Shown: positions 1-9,141, numbered from the stretch's first letter. The stretch is 32,000 bases of DNA from Copranaerobaculum intestinale (GCF_009831105.1 NZ_WUUQ01000005.1:30796-62795), one strand, 5' to 3'. The notes: generated by a model from the sequence alone, not told the origin. Made by a program: numbers and translations.

Positions 1-2
1 CT

Positions 3-221
3 AAAAAACATGATGCGATCATTACTTGTGAAGAACATAATGTTATCGGTGGATTGGGCAGCGCTGTAAGTGAAGTACTGGTAAGACATGAACCAAAGAA
101 AGTAACGATGGTAGGGGTTCAGGATACATTTGGAGAATCCGGCACTCCAGCCGCATTGTTGAAGAAGTATGGTTTGACTGCAGAGGATATAGCTGCAGCA
201 GTAATCAGCAGTTTGGCATAA
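3..221 (+). CDS. transketolase, C-terminal subunit (3' end only; gene begins upstream of window)
   Basis: Frame 3 reads KKHDAIITCEEHNVIGGLGSAVSEVLVRHEPKKVTMVGVQDTFGESGTPAALLKKYGLTAEDIAAAVISSLA*. This is the conserved tail of split-transketolase C-terminal subunits. A hairpin terminator follows. Confidence 0.8.
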   Translation, partial: KKHDAIITCEEHNVIGGLGSAVSEVLVRHEPKKVTMVGVQDTFGESGTPAALLKKYGLTAEDIAAAVISSLA

Positions 222-244
222 TTTTTAAATGAGATAAAAAGCTT

Positions 245-275
245 GAGGAGAAGGATAAAACGTTCTCCTCTTTTT
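245..275 (+). terminator. rho-independent terminator
   Basis: GAGGAGAA (245-252) pairs perfectly with TTCTCCTC (263-270) and is followed by TTTTT (271-275). Confidence 0.8.
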
Positions 276-436
276 ATATGATGAGAATGAATTTTACAAT
301 TATCTAATCTATGAATGATTTATAAAAAAACTTCGGCCTTCCCTGGTTAGAAGTGATCAAATTTGCTTTACTCATCGCAATATCAATTTCATGGTATAAT
401 TCTGCTTTTTTTAAGGAAATTCAAAGCTATTCCAAA

Positions 437-465
437 TTGTAATTTTATGGGATATCGCATATAAT
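437..465 (+). promoter_or_regulatory. sigma-A type promoter candidate for the ACT/UPF0210 pair
   Basis: TTGTAA (437-442), 17-nt spacer, TATAAT (460-465), about 25 nt upstream of the start codon. A second extended -10 (TGgTATAAT, 392-400) lies further upstream. Confidence 0.5.
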
Positions 466-492
466 CATTACATATATACAGGAGGAATGGAT

Positions 493-762
493 ATGAGAGC
501 AGTCATCAGTGTGATTGGAAAAGATATGACCGGAATTTTGGCAAAGGTAAGTACGGAATGTGCGAATGCGAATGCCAATGTAATAGAGGTATCCCAGACT
601 ATTTTGCAGGAAATGTTTGCAATGGTAATGCTGGTCGATATTGATAAGTTGAATCAGGAACTAACGGATTTTGCGGATCACATGGAGCGGACAGGCAAGG
701 CAATGGGTATGGTCATTCATGTCATGCATGAAGATATTTTCCAGGCCATGCATCGTATTTAG
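493..762 (+). CDS. ACT domain protein (UPF0237 family)
   Basis: [20 protein letters not shown]... is a typical UPF0237 ACT N-terminus. AGGAGG at 481-486 abuts the ORF-track ATG at 487, so the ATG at 493 (6-nt spacing) is the more likely start. It is paired with a UPF0210 gene, as is usual. Confidence 0.8.
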   Translation: MRAVISVIGKDMTGILAKVSTECANANANVIEVSQTILQEMFAMVMLVDIDKLNQELTDFADHMERTGKAMGMVIHVMHEDIFQAMHRI

Positions 763-773
763 GAGCATTTATC

Positions 774-2132
774 ATGATGAATGTAAATGAGATTTTAGAA
801 ACTATCCGGATGATCGATGAAGACTATCTGGATGTGCGTACAATAACGATGGGGATATCTCTGCTTGACTGCTGTGACAGCGATATCGATACATCCTGTG
901 AGAAAATATATCACAAGATAACGACCAAGGCGAAAGACCTGGTAAAGGTTGGAGAAAGTATTGAAAAAGAATATGGGATTCCGATTATCAATAAACGAAT
1001 CTCTGTAACCCCGATTGCGATGCTGGTTGCGGCGAGCGGCGGTGATCCGCTGAAATATGCACATACGCTGGAACGCTGCGCAAAGACCGTTGGAGTTAAC
1101 TTTATCGGTGGTTTTACGGCGCTGGTTCAGAAGGGATTTTCAGCAGGTGATCGGGAATTGATCGCCGCAATCCCGCAGGCTCTGGCGCAGACGGAGCATG
1201 TCTGTGCGTCGGTCAATATCGGTTCTACAAAGGCAGGCATCAATATGGACGCGGTGAAGATGCTTGGCATAACGATGCTTACATGTGCGGAAATTACCGC
1301 GGATCGCGATTGCATCGGTGCCGCAAAGCTTGTGGTTTTCTGTAATGCGCCTGAAGATAATCCATTTATGGCCGGAGCATTCCATGGAGTAGGAGAAGCG
1401 GACTGTGTCATCAATGTCGGTGTTTCAGGCCCCGGAGTTGTACGGGCCGCTTTGGCGAAAGCAGATAAAACACTTCCAATGCATGAGATAGCGGAAATCA
1501 TAAAGCGGACAGCCTTTAAAATTACCCGTATGGGTCAGCTGGTAGGAAGCGTCGCAAGTGAGCGGCTGAATGTGCCGTTTGGAATTGTTGATTTATCTCT
1601 GGCGCCAACGCCGGCCATCGGGGATTCGGTTGCCTATATCCTCGAAGAGATGGGCTTGGAAAACTGCGGCGGATATGGAACGACAGCATGTCTGGCGATG
1701 TTGAACGATGCAGTAAAAAAAGGCGGGGTTATGGCTTCTAACCGGGTTGGCGGTTTATCCGGGGCATTTATTCCGGTTAGTGAAGATGCAGGTATGATCG
1801 AAGCGGCTCGTTCTGGACATTTGACTTTAACGAAGCTGGAAGCGATGACAGCGGTATGTTCGGTTGGCCTTGACATGGTAGTATTGCCTGGTGACACATC
1901 CGCGGAAACCCTGTCCGGAATTATTGCGGACGAGGCGGCGATCGGTATGGTCAACAGCAAAACTACGGCTGTGCGGGCAATTGTGGCAATCGGGAAAAAA
2001 GCCGGAGAGGAATTGAATTTTGGAGGCTTGCTGGGAAGCGGGCCGATCATGGATATTTCACAAAGTTCTTGTAAGGTCATGATCGATCGGGGAGGTCAGA
2101 TTCCAGCGCCGCTGCAGAGCTTGAAAAATTAA
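774..2132 (+). CDS. UPF0210 / PFL-like (DUF711) family protein
   Basis: 452-aa ORF with N-terminus [27 protein letters not shown], characteristic of UPF0210. It starts 12 nt after the ACT gene. RBS AGGAG is 7 nt upstream. Confidence 0.85.
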   Translation: MMNVNEILETIRMIDEDYLDVRTITMGISLLDCCDSDIDTSCEKIYHKITTKAKDLVKVGESIEKEYGIPIINKRISVTPIAMLVAASGGDPLKYAHTLERCAKTVGVNFIGGFTALVQKGFSAGDRELIAAIPQALAQTEHVCASVNIGSTKAGINMDAVKMLGITMLTCAEITADRDCIGAAKLVVFCNAPEDNPFMAGAFHGVGEADCVINVGVSGPGVVRAALAKADKTLPMHEIAEIIKRTAFKITRMGQLVGSVASERLNVPFGIVDLSLAPTPAIGDSVAYILEEMGLENCGGYGTTACLAMLNDAVKKGGVMASNRVGGLSGAFIPVSEDAGMIEAARSGHLTLTKLEAMTAVCSVGLDMVVLPGDTSAETLSGIIADEAAIGMVNSKTTAVRAIVAIGKKAGEELNFGGLLGSGPIMDISQSSCKVMIDRGGQIPAPLQSLKN

Positions 2133-2223
2133 CTGATAAATCATCATCGGTTTTTAGGGATATCGTGCGTATAAAAAATTTTGTGATAGAATAGAAAGTA
2201 GGAATTTAAGTGAGGAAACAGAT

Positions 2224-2940
2224 ATGCTGGAATTAAAAAATATACAGTTTGCAGTTCATGAAAGCAATGACTCCAAAGAGATCATTCGTCATATCGATAT
2301 CACAGTTCCGGATCGCAGCTTTACCGTGATCACGGGACCCAACGGCGGCGGGAAATCCACCCTGGCAAAACTGGTCATGGGCTTAGAAAAGCCAACCGGC
2401 GGACAGATTTTGTTCGATGGCGAAGATATTACGAATGTGAGTATAAGCGAGCGGGCAAAACGCAAGATTGGTTATGCCTTTCAGCAGCCGCCGCGTTTCA
2501 AGGGACTGACGATCCGAAAACTGCTTTCCCTGGCGCATGGCAGTGAATTATCCGAGTGTATGAGCTGCCAATATTTAAGTGATGTTGGATTATGTGCACA
2601 TGACTATTTAGATCGTGAGATGGATGCTTCCTTATCGGGAGGGGAAGTAAAACGAATTGAAATCGCCACGCTGCTGGCACGGGATTTGAAACTCGCAATC
2701 TTCGACGAACCAGAGGCCGGAATCGACCTGTGGAGTTTTGCGAAGCTGGTTGATACCTTTCAAAATCTGCGCAAATATAACATGAGTATCCTTTTGATAT
2801 CGCATCAGGAGCGAATCATGCAGATGGCTGATGAGATTATCGTTGTTGAGCAGGGCATGGTAACCAAACAGGGCAGCCGGGAAGAAATTCTGCCGCAGCT
2901 GCTTCATGAATTTGATACCATCTGCGACAAGTGTTTATAG
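2224..2940 (+). CDS. sufC: Fe-S cluster assembly ATPase SufC-like (ABC ATPase)
   Basis: Walker A GPNGGGKST, signature LSGGEVKRIEIATLL and Walker B LAIFDEPEAGID are present. A SufB/D-fold gene follows directly. Confidence 0.8.
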   Translation: MLELKNIQFAVHESNDSKEIIRHIDITVPDRSFTVITGPNGGGKSTLAKLVMGLEKPTGGQILFDGEDITNVSISERAKRKIGYAFQQPPRFKGLTIRKLLSLAHGSELSECMSCQYLSDVGLCAHDYLDREMDASLSGGEVKRIEIATLLARDLKLAIFDEPEAGIDLWSFAKLVDTFQNLRKYNMSILLISHQERIMQMADEIIVVEQGMVTKQGSREEILPQLLHEFDTICDKCL

Positions 2941-2949
2941 AGGTGAATA

Positions 2950-3870
2950 ATGGAACAGACAGATAAGAATCTATTAAAGACGATAGCAGGTATCAGCGGC
3001 TTCCAGGTAGGACGTGCTTTTAACCTTCGTAAGGATGGACAAGGCGTGGAGCGTCATTCCACACCGAATGTGAAAATCAATCCGAAAACAGATAAGCCGG
3101 GAATTGATATTATCGTGGCAGCGCATGCGCAAAAGGAAAGCGTACATATTCCGGTAATTTTGACCCAAAGCGGCATCAAGGATATGGTCTACAATGATTT
3201 TTATATTGGAGAGGGGGCTGATGTAGAGATCATCGCCGGCTGCGGTATTCATAACGATGGATGTGATGCCTCTCAGCACGATGGGATTCACACCTTTTAC
3301 ATCGGCAAAAATGCCCATGTGACTTATATTGAAAAGCATTACGGTGAAGGAGACGGAAACGGAGCGCGTATTTTGAATCCGACAACCGTCGTCCATATGG
3401 AAAAAAATTCGACCTGTGAAATGATGATGTCCCAGATCAAAGGTGTTGACAGTACCATACGTAAAACCCAGATGGATTTAGCGGCTGGGGCAAAGATGGT
3501 CATTCATGAAAAACTGATGACGCATGGAAAACAGGAAGCGCATTCTGATGTGGAGGTAGAGTTAAATGGGAAAGGTGCATCACTGCAGATTATTTCCCGC
3601 TCCGTTGCTAAGGATGAGAGCCGTCAGGTATTTCATCCAAAAGCGATTGGAAACAATGACTGCAGGGCCCACGTGCAGTGTGATTCCATTATTATGGATC
3701 AGGCGAGAGTCAGTTCCATTCCGGAGATTTCTGCGAATCACGTGGATGCGGAAATCATTCATGAGGCAGCGATCGGAAAGATCAATAGCGATCAGCTGAT
3801 CAAGCTTCAAACTTTTGGTTTAAGTGAATCAGAAGCAGAAGCAGTTATTATTGACGGATTCTTGAAATAA
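2950..3870 (+). CDS. SufB/SufD family protein (short form)
   Basis: 306 aa, with the C-terminal motif IIHEAAIGKINSDQLIKLQTFGLSESEAEAVIIDGF typical of SufB/D. Only 9 nt separate it from sufC. RBS is GAGGTGA. Confidence 0.75.
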   Translation: MEQTDKNLLKTIAGISGFQVGRAFNLRKDGQGVERHSTPNVKINPKTDKPGIDIIVAAHAQKESVHIPVILTQSGIKDMVYNDFYIGEGADVEIIAGCGIHNDGCDASQHDGIHTFYIGKNAHVTYIEKHYGEGDGNGARILNPTTVVHMEKNSTCEMMMSQIKGVDSTIRKTQMDLAAGAKMVIHEKLMTHGKQEAHSDVEVELNGKGASLQIISRSVAKDESRQVFHPKAIGNNDCRAHVQCDSIIMDQARVSSIPEISANHVDAEIIHEAAIGKINSDQLIKLQTFGLSESEAEAVIIDGFLK

Positions 3871-3900
3871 GCAACGATATGTCTGAAAGGGGGCCGCAAA

Positions 3901-5088
3901 ATGGAAAAAGGAGTTATGCAAGTTACTCTTTTTCAGAATTTTACAATGTCTTACCAAGGAGAAAATATCAAAATTAACGAAGCTGCAACGAAGCAGCTTA
4001 CAATACTTTTGGAAATCCTTTTTTTGAATCTAAATCAGCCGGTTCCTCGTGATAAATTGATTAATTATTTGTGGCAGGACAGTGACAATCCGTCCAATGT
4101 ACTGAAATTTTCAATCTTCCGTCTTCGTAAGATGCTGAGCGGAATTGAGAGCCTTAAAGATGTTGAATTTGTCCAAACGACGAAACAGGGCTATTTGCTG
4201 AACCAAAATATTCCAATTAAAACTGATGTCCAAACGGTTGACGAATTATGGAAACAGATAAATAATAAGGATGCGAGACAGGAAACGATTATACAATGTG
4301 CCCAACAGATTGTCGATGTATACAAAGGACGTCTGTATGTCGATGCTCCGGATCAGCTTTGGCTGCAGGAGCTTCAAAATGAGTATCACAACATTTTTCA
4401 GTCCTGTATCAGTAAAATCAGTGAATACTATCTGCATATGCAAGATTATCATAAAGTGATTTCGGTTATGCAGAAGGCTATTGCAATCGATCCCTATTTT
4501 GAAGACGCATACTATTATTATATCCAGGCGCTTATAGAAACCAATCGATATAAAGAGGCACTTGATCTGTATAAAAATGTTCAGGACCAATTTTATCAGT
4601 CGGTTGGCCAGCCATTATCCTTGAAAATGAAATCTCTTTATAAAATCATTATTGCCAATGATGAACAGGAAGAAATCAATCTCAAAACGTTAAAAACACA
4701 ATTGGAGAGTGATATTGATCGCAGCGGGGCATTTTATTGTGATTATGAATTTTTTAAACATATCTATCAAGTCGAGTTGAGAAACATAAAACGTAAATGC
4801 CGCGAACAGTATCTGGTCGTGTTTGAAATCAGCACCGATTTGGATGATGAACCGCTGCGCGCCATCATGACCAAGCTGACAAAAATCATTCAGAATTCAC
4901 TTCGAATGGGAGATGTGTATTCACGTATCAACAAGACTCAGATTGTATTGCTTCTGCCGTGTGAAACCATTGATAACGGCTATGCGGTCATACAGCGAAT
5001 TACCCAGCAATTCTACCGTAAAGTGACTAGAAAACAAGCGAAACTGCACTATCATATCGAAGCGGTCACGACATCTGATTCAAAGTAA
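3901..5088 (+). CDS. SARP-like transcriptional regulator: winged-helix (OmpR/PhoB-type) + BTAD/TPR-like region + degenerate GGDEF-like C-terminal domain
   Basis: The N-terminus (LTILLEILFLNLNQPVPRDKLINYLWQD...FSIFRLRKML) looks like a trans_reg_C winged helix. The middle (YHKVISVMQKAIAIDPYFEDAYYYYIQALIETNRYKEALDLYKNV) looks BTAD/TPR-like. The C-terminus (LVVFEI...SLRMGDVYSRINKTQIVLLLP) has the GGDEF-fold layout with GGDEF replaced by NKTQI. RBS AAAGGGGG is 7 nt upstream. Confidence 0.65.
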   Translation: MEKGVMQVTLFQNFTMSYQGENIKINEAATKQLTILLEILFLNLNQPVPRDKLINYLWQDSDNPSNVLKFSIFRLRKMLSGIESLKDVEFVQTTKQGYLLNQNIPIKTDVQTVDELWKQINNKDARQETIIQCAQQIVDVYKGRLYVDAPDQLWLQELQNEYHNIFQSCISKISEYYLHMQDYHKVISVMQKAIAIDPYFEDAYYYYIQALIETNRYKEALDLYKNVQDQFYQSVGQPLSLKMKSLYKIIIANDEQEEINLKTLKTQLESDIDRSGAFYCDYEFFKHIYQVELRNIKRKCREQYLVVFEISTDLDDEPLRAIMTKLTKIIQNSLRMGDVYSRINKTQIVLLLPCETIDNGYAVIQRITQQFYRKVTRKQAKLHYHIEAVTTSDSK

Positions 5089-5129
5089 TCCAATCTGAGG
5101 GAACGGATAGTAATGAAGGTGATAAAGTA

Positions 5130-5495
5130 ATGTCTCAAACCATTTTTATGCGCAGAAAGATAGCGGGCTCCGGACAGATTTCTACTGACAAGATCGATCT
5201 TTTTTGTCATCAGATCGACCAAAATGATGATGGAACCTATCTGGTTCATTGGGGTTATGAAAATCATGGTTCACGAACATTGACATATGCGTCTAAAGAC
5301 TGTCATTTGATTGTCCATAAGGGAGGCGCAATCGTATTCCCCGGCAGTGTGCCTAATGTATTTCTGCCCGGCCGCCACTATGATTGTTTTTCAACCATTG
5401 TTACTCGAGAAACAATCTTTACTTGGAAGGTAAAAAAGATTTGTGTCGAGTTCCGTCTTGAACAGTATTTGAATGAGAAAAATCCCCTGTATTAA
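5130..5495 (+). CDS. hypothetical protein (121 aa, no recognised family)
   Basis: RBS AAGGTGA lies 7 nt before the ATG. The gene starts 41 nt downstream of the SARP-like gene with no intervening hairpin. The sequence looks beta-rich (YLVHWGYENHG...VFLPGRHYDCFSTIV). Confidence 0.6.
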   Translation: MSQTIFMRRKIAGSGQISTDKIDLFCHQIDQNDDGTYLVHWGYENHGSRTLTYASKDCHLIVHKGGAIVFPGSVPNVFLPGRHYDCFSTIVTRETIFTWKVKKICVEFRLEQYLNEKNPLY

Positions 5496-5521
5496 GATTT
5501 ATGAACCGATTAAAAATATGC

Positions 5522-5550
5522 TTGCGTAAGCCGAATAGGTATGCTATTAT
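5522..5550 (+). promoter_or_regulatory. promoter for tRNA-Glu
   Basis: TTGCGT (5522-5527), 17-nt spacer, TATTAT (5545-5550), preceded by TGc (extended -10). It ends 12 nt before the tRNA 5' end. Confidence 0.6.
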
Positions 5551-5562
5551 TATAAAGCATTC

Positions 5563-5638
5563 GGCGCGTTGGAGAAACGGTTAACTCACATGCCTTTCAC
5601 GCATGCATTCACGGGTTCAAATCCCGTACGCGTCACCA
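5563..5638 (+). tRNA. tRNA-Glu (anticodon UUC), CCA encoded
   Basis: Acceptor stem GGCGCGT/ACGCGTC, anticodon arm CATGC-CTTTCAC-GCATG, T arm ACGGG-TTCAAAT-CCCGT, discriminator A and CCA at 5636-5638. Confidence 0.9.
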
Positions 5639-5646
5639 TTTTACTT

Positions 5647-5678
5647 AAAAAAGCCTATTGTATAAATAGGCTTTTTTT
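5647..5678 (+). terminator. rho-independent terminator after tRNA-Glu
   Basis: AAAAAAGCCTATT (5647-5659), loop GTATA, AATAGGCTTTTTT (5665-5677). Confidence 0.85.
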
Positions 5679-5999
5679 GTTATGAAAACGTAATTGTGTT
5701 GGGAAAGAATAATCTATACCGATTGTGATAAAACCAGAATCAAAAAGATACAGAAAAAAAGCAGTATTCATTTCTGTTTGGTAATAAACAAAAGTAAAAT
5801 CCTTGATCTTCTATTATATGAATAACGTTTATCAATTCGCTGGTTTGCTAATATTCATTTGGACTGTGTTATAATGAAGAAAAGTATATGTTTGATACTG
5901 AAAAGTATTCTGCGATACTGCACTACATGAAAGCATTTTATGAGATAGACATAGCATGTTTAACATCAGATAATTAATTGTATATAGGAGGCGCAAACA

Positions 6000-6413
6000 A
6001 TGAATAATTGTGTTATGGATCAAGCCGAAATAAAAGAACTGCTGGGAGAAACTCTATATGAAGTTTGGAAAGAACTTTGTACACGTATTGAAGCCAAGTA
6101 TGATATGGATAAGCAGTGGGGCCGCGGCGGGAAAAAATGGCGGTATGAATATAAATATCGCCGTGGCGGCAAGACACTTTGTTCACTGTGCATCAATCCA
6201 GATTGTCTTGGATTACTGATCGTTTTGGGCAAAAAGGAACGTGATACTTTTGAAGCAGAACAATTTGCGTATACCGCGGAAACAAGGGCATGTTATGAAC
6301 AGACAGAAACTTATCATGACGGAAAATGGTTGATGCTGCTGCCTCATGATTCCTCACAATATGCGGATATTGATAAGCTGCTGAGAATTAAGCGGCGTCC
6401 AAATCGGAAATAA
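6000..6413 (+). CDS. DUF3788 domain protein
   Basis: WGRGGKKWRYEYKYRRGGKTLCSL...LIVLGKKERDTFE...DGKWLML matches my recollection of the DUF3788 family. AGGAGG lies 8 nt upstream of the ATG. An extended -10 (TGtTATAAT, 5867-5875) is upstream. Confidence 0.7.
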   Translation: MNNCVMDQAEIKELLGETLYEVWKELCTRIEAKYDMDKQWGRGGKKWRYEYKYRRGGKTLCSLCINPDCLGLLIVLGKKERDTFEAEQFAYTAETRACYEQTETYHDGKWLMLLPHDSSQYADIDKLLRIKRRPNRK

Positions 6414-6464
6414 ATATCGATTGACGCATGTTTCCTTTATAAATAAAAATAGGAAGGGATTATC

Positions 6465-6632
6465 ATGAATGAGTTTTTTGTTCAGTTGATGCCGATGATT
6501 TTGATTCTTATTACCTACGGTATTTTAGAGTATATTTGTTATCGTATAGCTGTATATCAGCTGGACATGCGAGAGATATTGGGTTATTTTGACCGTACGA
6601 CATGGTTAGTGTTGATTTTAGTTACAAATTAA
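6465..6632 (+). CDS. small hydrophobic ORF (55 aa), possibly a gene remnant
   Basis: It is below the ORF-track cutoff. RBS AGGAAGGG lies 6 nt upstream of the ATG. The product MNEFFVQLMPMILILITYGILEYICY...TTWLVLILVTN* ends inside a second hydrophobic stretch. Confidence 0.3.
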   Translation: MNEFFVQLMPMILILITYGILEYICYRIAVYQLDMREILGYFDRTTWLVLILVTN

Positions 6633-6801
6633 TTGGTTTACTGATATTTTTTGTAATGGAGAGTCAGCCGCCGCGGATTTAAAATTGATAAAAAATACTT
6701 ACTTGATGAACGTTCATATTTATACAGCACAGAGCATCATGTAAGGGATATGATCATGCAGTATAAGAAGTACAAAGATACTTGAAAGGATCGGATGCGA
6801 T

Positions 6802-7407
6802 ATGAAAAAAATCTTAGTAGTAATCGGTGGCGGCCGGCCTCATGGGAATACAGCTAGGCTGACAGATGCATTTATTAATGGGGCAATAGATGCAGGGGCC
6901 GAGGTAGAATCATTATCATTGGTAAAAATGGAAGTTAAGGGTTGCTTAGGATGCAATGCTTGCCGCCATGGAAGATCTTGTGTGCAGCGTGATGATTTTC
7001 CGGAAATGATACCGAAAATCAAAGCCGCGGATATGATTGTTTTTGCTTCACCGCTTTATTTCTGGACTTTTTCATCCCGACTAAAGGCTTTTATTGAACG
7101 CTTTTACTGCATTGCGGAAGCTGATGAGAATCCCCCGCTTGGTCGATATGAGCGTTACCCAGCTAAGGACTGTGCTTTATTGATGACAGCCGCGGATAAT
7201 TTTTTCTGGACTTTTGAACAGGCGGTATCCTATTATCAGTTTGCGATTGTAAACTATATTGGGTTTCATGACCGGGGTATGCTTTTGGCAGGCGGCTGCG
7301 GCAGCGCGGAAGGAAAACCGCGCATTGATGAAACCCCTTATCTGAAACAGGCTTATGCGTTTGGAATGCAAATCTGTTCCGATGAAAAGTCATGTATTAG
7401 TTTATAG
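6802..7407 (+). CDS. flavodoxin-like NAD(P)H-dependent FMN reductase family, iron-sulfur flavoprotein (Isf)-like
   Basis: MKKILVVIGGGRPHGNT and ADMIVFASPLYFW fit the FMN-reductase fold. A compact Cys cluster CLGCNACRHGRSC (C-x2-C-x2-C-x5-C) resembles that of Isf proteins. Confidence 0.75.
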   Translation: MKKILVVIGGGRPHGNTARLTDAFINGAIDAGAEVESLSLVKMEVKGCLGCNACRHGRSCVQRDDFPEMIPKIKAADMIVFASPLYFWTFSSRLKAFIERFYCIAEADENPPLGRYERYPAKDCALLMTAADNFFWTFEQAVSYYQFAIVNYIGFHDRGMLLAGGCGSAEGKPRIDETPYLKQAYAFGMQICSDEKSCISL

Positions 7408-7431
7408 CTTTTGAAATAGAAGCACGGATAT

Positions 7432-7459
7432 GAAAAAGTCTCCGAAAGGAGACTTTTTC
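7432..7459. terminator. bidirectional terminator between convergent genes
   Basis: GAAAAAGTCTCC, loop GAAA, GGAGACTTTTTC. There are A/T runs on both sides, and the hairpin overlaps the stop codon of the minus-strand GH13 gene. Confidence 0.85.
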
Positions 7460-9077
7460 ATTCTTCACAGACTGGTGTGAAGCGACTTTGTTTCTTACCA
7501 TTAATTTCAATGATTTCATTAAACATAGCAAGCGGTCGAATCCACACACCGCCGTCTCCATACAGCTTTCGATAAACAACATAGTCTTCCAGTGTTTCGC
7601 TGTGTTTGGCAATCATCAGAACTTCATATTCTTTTCCTTTGAAATGACGATAACGTCCGGGCATTGGCAAAGCGGCATTCAGTAAATTGGTATCAACAGA
7701 AGCTTGATCGCCGGATTCTTCATGATTATGCGGCTCTCTTTCCATACATACGAGAATTAAAGAGCGTTTTGCCGGAATTGTAATATGAGCCGTCTGATTT
7801 TCAACACTGTATAAGGCATGATCATTTAATTCATCCATCAAAATATTTCCCTGAACATTCCATGCTGCTTCATAGGGCTGATCATTGAGATTGCAGGCTA
7901 CATAAACGACATTATCCTTATAGGTGCGCTTAAAGATAAACTGTTCATTGCGCAGCAGCACTGTTTCATATTCATCACTGCGTAATGCTGACAGCTTCTG
8001 ATGAAGCTTGGATAATGCCGCAATATGATCAGCTAGAGAAAGATCATAGGCGGAATTGTGAAGTTCCAAGCATGGTCTTAACAAAGCGTCACTATCCTTG
8101 CCTTTCCATCCTTCTATGCCCCATTCACTGCCGTAATAAATACTTGGAATGCCGGGCATGGTAAACAGCAGCGTATAAACATTGAATAAATCTTGTTTAT
8201 TTGATAGTGCTGAGGCTAATCGATTCACATCGTGATTATCGCTGAAATTATACAGCTTTAAGTGTTTGTAGATACCTTGCGGACCAAACTGCCGATTCAT
8301 AGAATGGGCGATTTCAAAGTAATTGCGGGTGTTGTGGGCGGAATATAATCCTTTATAGCACTCATAGTTGGTAACACTGTCCAGCATTTCTCCATTTGCC
8401 CAACGATTATAATCACCATGAATAATTTCGCCCATCAGCCAAAAATCAGCTTTTCGGCTTTTGCAGTGCCGCCGCAGCTGTTTAAAGAAATCGAAATCAA
8501 TGCAGTTCGCGGCATCTAGCCGCAGCCCGTCAATATCAAAGGTATCGATCCACATCATAATGGTATCCATTAGATAGCTTACGACTTCTGGATTGTTCAG
8601 ATTTAGCTTTACCAACTCCCAATGTCCTTCCCAGTTTTCATATACGAACGGATCCTGATAAGGACTGATCTCATGAAAATGCAGGTTATAGAACCAATTA
8701 CAGTAGGCAGACTGTTCTTGATGCTTTATAACGTCCTGAAATGCCCAGAAATCCCGACCGACATGATTAAACACTCCATCCAAAACAACTCGGATGCCTT
8801 CCTCATGAAGCGCTTTGCATACATTTATAAAATCCTCGTTAGTGCCAAGCCGCGGATCGATGGTTCTGAAATCGCTGGTATCATAACCATGAGAGGAAGA
8901 AGCAAACAGCGGTCCTAGGTAAACAGCGGTTATAGACAGCTCTTTTAGATGAGGTATCCAATCACGAATTTTCAGAATACGATGTTCATTCACATGATTT
9001 TCCTGACGAAGCTCACATCCGCATAAACCCAGCGGATATATATGATAAAAAACTGCTGAATCAAACCAATTTTCCAT
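7458..9077 (-). CDS. GH13 alpha-amylase-family glycoside hydrolase fused to a C-terminal DUF1653 domain
   Basis: GH13 conserved regions are present: VVLDGVFNHVG, GLRLDAANCID, FWLMGEIIHGD, NFSDNHDVNR. There is no signal peptide. The C-terminal ~70 aa (GRYRHFKGKEYEVLMIAKHSETLEDYVVYRKLYGDGGVWIRPLAMF) match the DUF1653 signature. Confidence 0.85.
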   Translation of the reverse strand: MENWFDSAVFYHIYPLGLCGCELRQENHVNEHRILKIRDWIPHLKELSITAVYLGPLFASSSHGYDTSDFRTIDPRLGTNEDFINVCKALHEEGIRVVLDGVFNHVGRDFWAFQDVIKHQEQSAYCNWFYNLHFHEISPYQDPFVYENWEGHWELVKLNLNNPEVVSYLMDTIMMWIDTFDIDGLRLDAANCIDFDFFKQLRRHCKSRKADFWLMGEIIHGDYNRWANGEMLDSVTNYECYKGLYSAHNTRNYFEIAHSMNRQFGPQGIYKHLKLYNFSDNHDVNRLASALSNKQDLFNVYTLLFTMPGIPSIYYGSEWGIEGWKGKDSDALLRPCLELHNSAYDLSLADHIAALSKLHQKLSALRSDEYETVLLRNEQFIFKRTYKDNVVYVACNLNDQPYEAAWNVQGNILMDELNDHALYSVENQTAHITIPAKRSLILVCMEREPHNHEESGDQASVDTNLLNAALPMPGRYRHFKGKEYEVLMIAKHSETLEDYVVYRKLYGDGGVWIRPLAMFNEIIEINGKKQSRFTPVCEE

Positions 9078-9141
9078 ATTGAATACTCCTTCTGTTATGC
9101 TCCTAGTATAGCATGCTTTCAGGAATAAGTTACATTCCTAG

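Noticed and set aside
795-2080. Minus-strand ORFs of 81-148 aa (795-1064, 1127-1501, 1140-1385, 1634-2080) inside the UPF0210 gene
   Set aside because: They are antisense shadow ORFs. They lack ribosome-binding sites, have low-complexity Ala/Ser/Pro/Arg-rich translations, and are fully contained in a strongly supported + strand gene.
6465-6760. Reading through the stop at 6630 to obtain a longer membrane protein or pseudogene
   Set aside because: The same frame hits TGA again at 6642. The +1 frame gives no recognisable continuation, so only the 55-aa ORF is listed, at low confidence.
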